Shown here in pieces: positions 40,080 through 50,401 of a stretch of 64,000 nucleotides of DNA. Made by a program: the position numbers and the translations under genes. How positions within the stretch are numbered: the first letter of the stretch is position 1; each line of letters opens with the position of its first letter. This DNA is from Owenia fusiformis. Its lineage: Eukaryota. Location of the stretch: NCBI GenBank assembly GCA_903813345.2, contig CAIIXF020000001.1, positions 39,680,001 to 39,744,000 of the forward strand, written 5' to 3'. The notes beneath the pieces were generated by a model, which worked only from the letters and a program-made list of their open reading frames with translations, made no database searches and was not told where the DNA came from.

Positions 40080-40980
40080 CGTGCCTAGTATTTGCTAGAC
40101 ATTAGCTAAATGTATATTCTGTGCTCCTAGTGCACTTTTTGCGAGGAACTGTACGTACCTAGTATTTGCTATTTTAGCTAGATGTATATTCTGTGCGCCT
40201 AGTGCACTTTTTGCGAGGAACTGTACGTACCTAGTATTTGCTATCTTAGCTAGATGTATATTCTGTGCGCCTAGTGCACTTTTTGGCGAGGAACTGTACG
40301 TACCTAATATTTGCTATTTTAGCTAGATGTATATTCTGTGCGCCTAGTGCACTTTGTTTGCTAGGAACTGTGGGTGCCCTGTATTTGCTATTTTAGCTAG
40401 ATGTATATTCTGTGCGCCTATAGTGCACTTTTTTGCTAGGAACTGTGCGTGCCTATAGTATTTGCTATTTTAGTTAGATGACTGTATATTCCATGCGCCT
40501 GGTGAGTGCACTTTTTGCTAGATGTTTATTATATGCGCCTAGTGTCCAGTCTTCGCAGTGTTAGCTAGGAACTGCGCGTGCCTAGTCTTTGCTCTATTAG
40601 CTAGAAGTACAGTATATTCCACGCGTCTAGTGCACTTTTAGCTGGATTTATATTCGGATGAAGTGAGTATCTGCAACATTAGCGAGAGGTATGTCCCTAC
40701 GTTACACTATCAGCTAGATATATCATACGTACCTTGCATTTGCATTATTAGCTATAGCTAGACGTACCTCACATGAGCAGTGTGCACTCTTAGTTCTAGA
40801 TACGAGTTAAGTAAGTAATGGCACTAAAAGCTGGTTGTATCGGCAATATTAGCGAGATGTATATCACATTTGCCTAATCTATGCACTTTTAGCTAGACAC
40901 ATACGCGCCTAGCCTTTGCAGTATTCGTTAGATGTAAATTGCACGTGCCTAGTATATTCACGTTATGCTACAGTGTACGT
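40080..40980. repeat. 72-bp tandem repeat decaying rightwards
   Basis: Unit ctagtatttgctattttagctagatgtatattctgtgcgcctagtgcactttttgcgaggaactgtacgtac (starts at 40159 and 40231). Copies become increasingly degenerate beyond ~40500. Confidence 0.85.
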
Positions 40981-40986
40981 GCCTAG

Positions 40987-41385
40987 TATTTGCACTCTCT
41001 ATATTACCTGATTACCCCGATATATTTGCACTCTCTATATTGCCTGATTACCCCGATATATTTGCACTCTCTATATTACCTGATTACCCCAATATATTTG
41101 CACTCTCTATATTACCTGATTACCCCGATATATTTGCACTCTCTATATTACCTGAATACCCCGATATATTTGCACTCTCTATATTACCTGATTACCCCGA
41201 TATATTTGCACTCTCTATATTACCTGGTTACCCCGATATGTTTGCACTCTCTATATAACCTGATTACCCCGATATATTTGCACTATCTATATTACCTGAT
41301 TACCTCGATATATTTGCACTCTCTATATTACCTGATTACCCCGATATATTTGCACTCTCTATATTACCTGATTACCCCGATATAT
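40987..41385. repeat. 36-bp minisatellite, about 11 copies
   Basis: Unit tatttgcactctctatattacctgattaccccgata, highly homogeneous. It explains the 12-aa-repeat ORFs 40965 and 40990. Confidence 0.95.
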
Positions 41386-42109
41386 ATTCAGTACCTTATT
41401 CTTTGGTAGACGTTTCTAGAGTGTTGCCCATTTTCTAAACGATACAATTACATTACGTCTGTTTTCTATTCTGATACTCATCAGCTGTGTTTGTACTGCA
41501 TCGCAACATGTTCAACAGACTAAGAAGGAAGAAGATGCCATGGTTCAGCATGAAGCCTCGATCCATCCTCAATGTGAATCTAGAAATGATGCTTTCCGAC
41601 AATGGGGACTAAAATTCTGGGTGGTCTATACATTTGTCTGACGTGCATTATCTGTCTAGATTTCTTGACGAAATAATATTTCACAATAAATAGTTCATGC
41701 ACATGATTCATCCAATCAATTGTATACCCAATAAGATAAACCATGACATCCAGTCTCATCTTGGCCATGATAATACCTTGGCATTATGTGTTGGTGATCA
41801 AAGAGAGCTCAGATTTGAGGTATTTTGAGATCATCGTCTCGGCTTATATCAGGGGTCATTGAACGAGTTGAGATTATGCCTAGTGAATATGTGATGGAAA
41901 TGACAGTGCCTGTTATGAACTTCATGTACATTGACTTCTGGCTGACACAATCCATAGATAACTCATCTGTGGACAAATTAATAAACCCCTCAACAATTTA
42001 CATACACACTCACACTCACTGGGCAGTCGATGATTGAGCCCTCCTTCCTTTGAATAACTTAGGAAATATCGTTGTGGGATCCATAGGCTCTACCTTCCCT
42101 TGGAGTAGG

Positions 42110-42400
42110 GCTTTAGATGAAGAAAGACTCTGATAAATCAGAATGAGGAAATATAGTAATGACAAAAAGTGCTCTAATTTTAGAGATGGAAGTCTATTTT
42201 ATGCATCAATGAAAAGGAACTGTGTGATGTTAAAATCTATGAGTGGGCAGAGAAGGATGCGCATGTCAGAGGTTAACAATTGTGTCCCCTTAGCATCCAC
42301 TTTAGCCACAGGATTACAGTTTCCGCTGCCATTTCTTACCAAGGCAAGCGCATTACATTTATTGGTAAAGGTGTAAAGATCAACTCTAACATATACATTA
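42110..42400 (+). mobile_element. Tc1/mariner-superfamily transposase fragment
   Basis: SIHFSHRITVSAAISYQGKRITFIGKGVKINSNIY resembles the VMVxAGISxxGKxxLxFIxxGVKINxxxY block of the DDE domain. It is frameshifted and no TIRs were seen. Confidence 0.55.
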
Positions 42401-42741
42401 TTGATGTTCTATTGATGTTGTATAAAATGTACACTTTGCGGATATTATAAAAAATGTACAATATAATGGGTACTTTGTATTTCAGTAAAACGGGACTTCG
42501 TCTAACATTCAAAGCAGATTACCACCTACGAGGAAAGTATGTTCTATCATCCATTCGTCAAAATAGCACTCTGACTGCAGTTGTCACGACACTTCACACT
42601 ATTCTAAGTAACAATAACAAAAATATTTTCAGCAATATCAATATCCATAACGAATGGCGTGTCTTTTATCTCCAAAGAGGGCGAATGGGGTAAGACATAT
42701 CAAGCAAGCTGGTAAAAAGATTTATTGTGTACCTTGTCTTA

Positions 42742-43160
42742 CTCAGATGCGAGTAGGTAGTTACCAGCTTCGCCACCAGGTGGCTGATTCGGGGGAAATA
42801 ACATGGCAGGGTATTACAAAATTCCCTTAAACTTGAATATTCATCAGTTTTACTGGTTTACTTTTCATATTATCTTTATGTATCTGACAGTTATACAAAT
42901 TAAAATGTTCAGTGGAAGAAAATATTATCTGCCCAACACAAGAAAAGATATTTCCATTTTTGTGATTTTACAACATGGGGTCTATGGGGAATCTCCCCGA
43001 CTTAGAAGTCACATTATTAAATTTTCAAAGTTGATAAACTCTTTTCAAAACCACATTTTTAGATGTAATTTTATGTGTGGATTCCAAATATGACATCGGT
43101 TCGACTGGATTTTGAAATTTTAATGATGTAAATCAAGATTATTTCTACTCGCATCTAGGA
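42742..43160 (+). mobile_element. MITE, second copy of 27479-27909 family
   Basis: TA|CTCAGATGCGAGTAG ... CTACTCGCATCTAGGA|TA. It is colinear with the reverse complement of 27479-27909. Confidence 0.85.
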
Positions 43161-43164
43161 TAAT

Positions 43165-43360
43165 ATCCTGGCTTTGCGTAATTTGGCTTACGCCTCGACC
43201 AATATTTGTTTCTCGATATCATATGCCATATCCAGCTCCCGATCATCCAGTATGTGTATACTATTCGGTTGGAAATGAATAAACACAAGGAGCACACGCG
43301 TCTCGAACTCGCAACCTCGTGGTTATGGCACCTAATCGCCCTCTCGGCCCTCTCGTCCAA
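43165..43360 (-). mobile_element. tRNA-derived SINE remnant
   Basis: Minus strand ggccgagagggcg..gccataaccacgaggttgcgagttcgagac shows A-box-like, anticodon-arm-like (CAT) and B-box (GTTCGAG) segments. It does not form a complete cloverleaf. Confidence 0.45.
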
Positions 43361-44096
43361 CTCCAAAAAGGTTATCTTGTTATGTATTTAAAGGTTGTTA
43401 TAGCTCTTTGCATGAAAAACTAAGTATGTGTGCTAAAAACTGTTGTATCATTTCAAAATCAAATGGTATCTTATGATTATGAAAAATGAGTCCAAATCTG
43501 TTACGCAGATTTTATATGTCTCTGCACAGATGTTTGCATTGGCAAGTCACAATTAATTGTTTTCCATTAGATATGTATTTATTACGATAACAGACGGGCT
43601 CTTGTCGACTTATTCATTACAATATTATAGAGTACCTTCCGTTTAATAAAAATATAATTGAATAAAACAACCCGAGAGTGGCAATAATTAAACCAAGTAA
43701 ATATTTTCGATGAACACTAAGAATCCTCTTTACATTGTATAAAGGGTCCTTTTAAAATGCCTTTGGTTTTTCTTTGTATTGGTTATTAATGATATGGTGA
43801 TCTCCATATTTCAATCGGGTTTTGTCTCCTATATGTTTTCGCTAAATATTAGATTTTACGAAGACAATAGTTTAGGGTGACACCTGTAAAATACAACGAT
43901 TCACGAAATACATGAGGTCATATAGCGCGTATGTGAAGGCCCAAGTATTCTTGGCTACCAATCTATTCTGACTCTTGCCGAAGTATACTGACCCGACCCA
44001 AGTATTCTCAGTTTACTTATTTTTTCGAATACACTCGATAGATGTCCGCGTTCGTTTTTCGATCATTTGTCGATGGATTCCACGTATATTCAAAAG

Positions 44097-44236
44097 ATGG
44101 CTCCTGAAATTAATTTGGAAACCGCTCATGTTTTTATAAATGATATAGATGACTATCTCGTGTCGGAATTCAAAAAAGAAAAATTACAAGGGCGGAGGAC
44201 CCAATTTTTGAATATGCGTGTTGTATCATACATAAG
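44097..44236 (+). pseudogene. Putative exon 1 of Ginger-like transposase (degenerate YPYY-motif region)
   Basis: aagATGg start, MAPEINLETAHVFINDIDDYLVSEFKKEKLQGRRTQFLNMRVVSYI, ending at AG|GTAAAA. It loosely matches I..YL....K..K..RRR...F....G.LYY. Confidence 0.45.
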
Positions 44237-44245
44237 GTAAAACGC

Positions 44246-44474
44246 TATGGCCGATCTGGCAGAGGGCCTTTGGAGGGCCCCAAAAAGTGAGGGCGGCCAA
44301 AAAACTTATACGGCACAAGATCTGCTTCTCTCCACATAAATTGAGCAGTTAAGGTAACAACTTGGCATTACTGGGCATTATTTATTTCAATTTTGAGTCT
44401 GTTTTTTATAAACTGGGCTCAAATTTTCAGATTTAGGACCCCGGCCCTACTCTTGATTTTCAGATCCGCCCCTG
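44246..44474. mobile_element. Small degenerate MITE (hAT-like terminus) in the Ginger-like element
   Basis: Right end CAGATCCGCCCCTG; degenerate left end tatggccgatctg; GC-rich relative to its flanks. Confidence 0.45.
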
Positions 44475-45179
44475 GAATGAATATATTTTTTACAGCCACT
44501 GTGTCTGTGCGTTTTTTACTTTTTATGTAAATCTGGACCAAATTTATTCGTGTAAATAAATATGAGTGTATTCCTGAAAACAAAAATGCAATAGTAATAA
44601 AATGATTTCCTCGTTATCTTTGCTAGCTGAAAGTGACAGCAACATATGTTAACAAGGCATTAACATGCAAAATGTCACCCCTGGCATTTGTTACAGACGC
44701 CGCACGCCAACCACTGAACGCCGTCCACAAAAAATTTGGAGACTATAAAAATATGTCACTACTTGTAGACTACCACTCCTTGATGCGTATCAGTTAAGAA
44801 AAATCTGAAACCTTTAACCATAACGTGCACCTATTCATTTAGCGATAATTCGTAAACTTTCACGTGACGAAATGCATCTTGTTTTTTCAAGGAGAAATCG
44901 ACTGAACTTGTTATAAACATCAAACCTGAGAGGGTCAGAGTCGGATCAGCGTTGAATTTATCAGATAAAATATGTTTGAATTTCAGTAAAAGTAGCTACA
45001 AGAATTTTCAATATTTAAATCTTGGTCACCATATCAGCCTGCTCAGCGCTCTTCGTGTAATTTAGATTTTTCAATACACCAGATGAACTCCTTTGTATCT
45101 ATGTTACGAGTCTCTTAATTAGTCTATAAATACAAACATGCCGAGATTAGAAGTAATACTATAATGTAGTACATTTAAC

Positions 45180-45373
45180 ACTTCTAAAGCATAGTAGAAA
45201 ACCCTTTTTATCTGTTTGATACATCAAGATTTTTTGTAACTGGAAACCTGAGACACAAGATCTAAGGTCATGTGTAATATGTACAACCTGTGCTGCAAAG
45301 CAAGACCGAGGAGGCCGATTGTGCAAAGTCACAAACTACAATCTGACAATACGAGGAACAGAAATATCTTTCA
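45180..45373 (+). pseudogene. Integrase zinc-binding (H2C2) remnant exon
   Basis: WKPETQDLRSCVICTTCAAKQ from 45241 resembles YWxxMxxDVxxYVxxCxxCQ. It ends at a strong donor GTGAGT (45374). Confidence 0.5.
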
Positions 45374-45679
45374 GTGAGTAGTTTTGAAATAATAAAGCAA
45401 ATACTAAATGAACAACATTTAAAATCAAATATTTTAATGATTGTATTGTCATTGTTTAATTATATCTCATCCAAGCCTGAGGATGCAACTTGATAAATAT
45501 AACATTGCTAGAATTCTTGTAGTAGTTGAGTAATCGAGGCTAAAAGAACCTGACTTTCCACGGGTTTCAAAAAGCATAGCACCACCAACAACATCAATAC
45601 CCAAAGATGTATTCGCATTTAGTACATAACTACCATGACTGAATACTATAGTAAAATGTCCCATTTTTCAATGATTCTA

Positions 45680-48600
45680 AAACTAATTGACCAAACTGAG
45701 TGCTCTAAAACGGTAGAGCATTGATTGACCGAAGTGTTAAAATTCACTTCAGAACTGAATGACCAAAGTGCTCCGACATTTGCAATTCTTATTGATTGAT
45801 CAAAGTTTTCCGACTTTTACAACTGATTGACTACAGCTGATGGACCAAAGTGTTTTGACTTCAAAAACTGAATGAGCAAAGTGTTCCAATTGACTAAAGT
45901 GTTCTGAATTCCCAGTGATTGATCAAAGTGTTTTAACTGACCGAACTGTTCAAACTTCTACAACTGATTGACCAAAGTGTTCCGACTTTTACAGCTGATT
46001 GATCAAAGTGTTCTAATTGACAGAAGTGTTCAAACTTCTACAGCTGATTGACCAAAGTGTTTCGACTTTTACAGCTGATTGACCAGTGTTCTAATTGACC
46101 GCAGTGTTTAGACATCTACAATAACAACTGACTGACCAAAGTGTTCCGACTTTTACAGCTGATTGACCAAAGTGTTTAGACGTCTACAACTGATTGACCA
46201 AAGTGTTCAAACTTTACCAGCTGATTGACCAAAGTGTTCCGACATTTGCAATTCTTATTGATTGATCAAAGTTTTCCGACTTTTACAACTGATTGACTAC
46301 AGCTGATGGACCAAAGTGTTTTGACTTCAAAAACTGAATGAGCAAAGTGTTCCAATTGACTAAAGTGTACTGAATTCCCAGTGATTGATCAAAGTGTTCT
46401 AACTGACCGAACTGTTCAAACTTCTACAACTGATTGACCAAAGTGTTCAAACTTTTACAGCTGATTGACCAAAGTGTTTCGACTTCTACAGCTGATTGAG
46501 CAAAATATTTAGACTTCTACAACTGATTGACCAAAGTGTTCCAACTTTTCCAGCTGATTGACCAAAGTGTTTCGACTTCTACAGCTGATTGAGCAAAATA
46601 TTTAGACTTCTACAACTGATTGACCAAAGTGTTCCGACTTTCACAGCTGATTCACGACCAAAGTGTTCCCATTTTTACAACTGATCGACCAAAGTGTTCA
46701 GATTTCTACTACTGATTGACCAAAGTGTTCTAATTGACCGAAGTGTTCAAACTTCAACAGAGGCTTGACCAAAGTGTTCCGATTTTTATAGCTGATTGAC
46801 CAAAGTGCTTAGACTTCTACAACTGACTGACCAAAGAGTTCTGACTTCTACACCTGATTGAGAAAAATGTTCCGACTTCAAAAACTGATTGACCAAAGTG
46901 TTCTGACTTCTTCAGCTAATTGACGGAAGTGTTCCGACATTTACAACTGATTGACCAAAGAATTCCAACTTTTATCACTGATTGACCAAAGTGTTCCGAC
47001 TATTAAAGCTAATTGACCAAAGTGTTTAGACTTCTACAACTGACTGACTAAAGTGTTCCGATTTTTACAGCTGATTGACCAAAGTGTTCTAATTGACCGA
47101 AGTGTTCAAACTTCTACAGCTGATTGACCAAAGTGTTTCGACTTTTACAGCTGATTGACCAGTGTTCTAATTGACCGCAGTGTTCAGACATCTACAATAA
47201 CAACTGACTGACCAAAGTGTTCCGACTTTTACAGCTGATTGACCAAAGTGTTTAGACTTCTACAACTGATTAACCAAAGTGTTCCAACTTTTCCAGCTGA
47301 TTGACCAAAGTGTTCTGACATTTATAACTGATTGACCAAAGAATTCCAACTTTTATCACTGATTGACCAAAGTGTTCTGACTTTAAAAGGTAATTGACCA
47401 AAGTGTTTAGACTTCTACAACTGATTGACAAAAATGTTCCGACTTTTACAGCTGATTGGCAAAAGTGTTCTGATTGATTGAAGTGTTCAAACTTTTACAG
47501 CTGATTGACCAAAGTGTTTCGACTTCTACAGCTGATTGAGCAAAATGTTCTGACTTCAAAAACTGATTGACCAAAGTGTTTCTGACTTCTTCAGCTGATT
47601 GACGAAAGTGTTCCGACATTTACAACTGATTCACCAAAGACTTCAAACTTTTATCACTGATAGACCAAAGGGTTCCAACTTCTATAACGGATTGACTAAA
47701 GCCTTCTGACTTTGACAATTGATTGACCAAAGCGTTCTGACTTTTACATATGATTGACCAAAGTGTTCCGACTTTGACATCTGATTGACCAAAGTGTTCC
47801 TACTTCTACAATTGATTGACCAAAGTATTTATACTTGATTGAAGAAAGTGTTCCGACTTTTTAAAATTGATTGATCAAAGCGTTCTAACTTTTACAATTG
47901 ATTGACCAAAGCGTTCTGATTTTTACATCTAATTGGCCAAAGTGTTCTAAACATTTGGTCAATCAGATTTCAAAGTCGGAACACTTTGGTCAAGCAATTG
48001 TAAAAGTAGGTACACTTTCTTTAATCAGTTGCACTTTGGTAAATCAGATGTTAAAGTCGGAACACTTTGGTCAATTAGATGTAAAAGTTGGAACACTTTG
48101 ATCAATCAATATTACAAGTCAGAACACTTCGCTCAATCAGATGCTAAAGTCGGAACCCTTTGGTCAATCAGATGGAAAAGTCGGAACACTTTGGTCAATC
48201 AATTGTAAAAGTAGGAACACTTTCTTCAATTAGTTGAAAAAGTCGGAACACTTTGGTCAATCAGATGTAAAAGTCGGAACACTTTGGACAATCAATTTTA
48301 GAAGTCGGAACACTTTCTACATTCAGTTAATTGTAACACTTTGGTCAATCAGATGTAAAAGTCGGAACACCTGCTTCAATTAGATGTTACAGTCGAAACA
48401 CTTTGGTCGATCAGTTGTAAAAGTTGCATTACTTTGATCAATCAGATGTAAAAGATGTAAAAACACTTTGGTCGATCAGATGTAAAAGTCAGAACACTTT
48501 GGTCAATCAATATTACAAGTCAGAACACTTTGGTCAATCAGATGTTAATGTCGGAACACTTTGGTCAATCAGATGTAAAAGTCGGAACACTTTGGTCAAT

Positions 48601-49173
48601 CAGATGTAAAAGTCGGAACACTTTGGTCAATCAATATCACAAGTCGGACCACTTTGGTCAATCGTTTGTAAAAGTCGGAACACTTTGGTCAATCAATATT
48701 ACAAGTCGGAACACTTTGGTCAATCAGATGTAAAAGTCGGAACACTTTGGTCAATCAGATGTAAAAGTCGGAACACTTTGGTCAATCATATGTAAACGTA
48801 GGAACACTTTCTTCAATTAGTTGTAAAAGTCGGAACACTTTCTTCAATTAGTTGTGAAAGTCGGAACACTTTGGTCGATTAGATATAAAAGTCAGAACAC
48901 TTTGCTTAATCAATTGTAAAAGTCGGAACACTTTCTTCAATCAGATGTTAAAGTCGAAACACTTTGTTTAATCAGATGTTAAAGTCGGAACACTTTGGTT
49001 AATCAATTGTAAAAGTCAGATTACTTTTGATCAATCAGATGTAAAGGCCGGAACACTTTGGTCAATTAATTTTAGAAGTCGTAACACTTTCTTCAATCAG
49101 TTGTAACATTTTGGTCAATCAGATGGAAAAGTCGGAACACTTTGCTTCAATCAGTTGTTAAAGTCGGAACACT
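45680..49173. repeat. 31-bp satellite array with an internal orientation switch at ~47950
   Basis: Unit ctgattgaccaaagtgttccgacttttacag runs from ~45680 to ~47948. Its reverse complement (acactttggtcaatcagatgtaaaagtcgga) runs from ~47951 to 49173. Confidence 0.97.
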
Positions 49174-49534
49174 TACTATTACTATTCTTTGCTTTGTGGG
49201 AGTAAACAACACTACTGATGTAACCTTTGATATAACTATACATGCCTTCTTATACTTTGTGATTAAGGTTAGGGCTGCAACAGTAAGGAGGTGTTGAGAA
49301 CTTGTCGGAGAATGAGAAGTCAAATGCAAGGTACAGAAAGTGCAAATGTAATAAACGATTATAGTTTCTCATCCACTGTACACTGTTCAACTCTACCAAA
49401 TTTTGGAAGTAACTTGAAACTAGAAACTTTATTTCAGCATTTTGTCCTCATACTATGTCTATTAAACGATTGTGTTGTCATAGTGCACCACATTTTTTAT
49501 ATGAGATTCACAAATTTTATTTTTTATTATTCAG

Positions 49535-49725
49535 AGGATTTGCTCAACTTTTATGCGCTGCAACGCGCATTGTTGGAATCTATGATTAGTGGAAATGACA
49601 AAGAGCAGACAATGGCGGAGACAGCAGCAAATCACGGCCTTAGTGTTATAGAAAATGATAGTGATGGTAATTGCCTGCTCCATGCATTGGTTAACCAACT
49701 GAAGCATCATAGTTGTTGGATTTAC
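49535..49725 (+). pseudogene. OTU-like cysteine protease exon remnant
   Basis: Acceptor ttttattttttattattcAG at 49533-49534. Translation EDLLNFYALQRALLESMISGNDKEQTMAETAANHGLSVIENDSDGNCLLHALVNQLKHH contains the OTU catalytic DGNCL.HA...QL motif (49663-49674). It is truncated by downstream repeat DNA. Confidence 0.75.
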
Positions 49726-49879
49726 ACTAGAGCCCCAAGACGTCTTAGCTAAAACGTTTTAGCGTTAAAACGTTTTACAAATGTAATGTAAATCCAGATT
49801 TTCTCAAGAGCTCTCGGCTAATAATATTAGCTAAAACGTTTCATGACCCTAGATTTATATGTCTTTACGATGGAACAAA

Positions 49880-50401
49880 TTCACAAGAACTCGTGTATTT
49901 GAAAAAACTAAACTCAGTACCCCAGTAAGAAACTGGATATTGTATCTCTGGAGAATGAAAAATGGGAAAATTTGGAGTCATAAGAATAAATTCAAGTAGC
50001 ATGTCTTATCATGTCTTATATACACGTTATCCCCCCCTCCATCCTATCCCCCTCCATCCAATATTAATTTATTTCGATTTTTTTTGTATAACGCATGGAA
50101 ATTAACTTTAAAAAGTGAGCAATGTCATTAGTGTTGTGATAGTAACGTCCCTTATACCTATTTATTACAGGTCGTGTAGACCATTGTTGCCCGATTTATA
50201 GGAAAAACATTGACTTTTGCACGTTGTTGATGATGCGCCTTTTTTAATAGATCTCATATCTTAGAAGGGTATCAGTCCATGCACTGCACTGCACCTATTC
50301 ATTTGGCAATTCAGTTGAAAATCTTCCAAATCGTTTGAGTTTTCTTGCAGAAATCGCCTAATCCCCCCCCCTCCATCCATTTTGTACGATCACCGGCCGT
50401 G
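49880..50401 (+). mobile_element. Diverged right half of the Transib-like MITE family
   Basis: Colinear with 39012-39584 (agtaagaaactggat, tatttattacaggtcgt, ccattgttgc) and ends in GATCACCGGCCGTG. Confidence 0.85.

Noticed and set aside
40965..41409. Repeat-protein ORFs (FALSILPDYPDI)n and (LHSLYYLITPIY)n
   Set aside because: By-products of a stop-free 36-bp minisatellite; two frames are open and there is no gene context.
43290..43355. tRNA-Met gene
   Set aside because: The acceptor stem and D arm do not pair; it is better explained as a SINE head.
45680..49173. CRISPR-like array
   Set aside because: The units are contiguous 31-bp monomers without unique spacers, there are no cas genes, and the context is eukaryotic.
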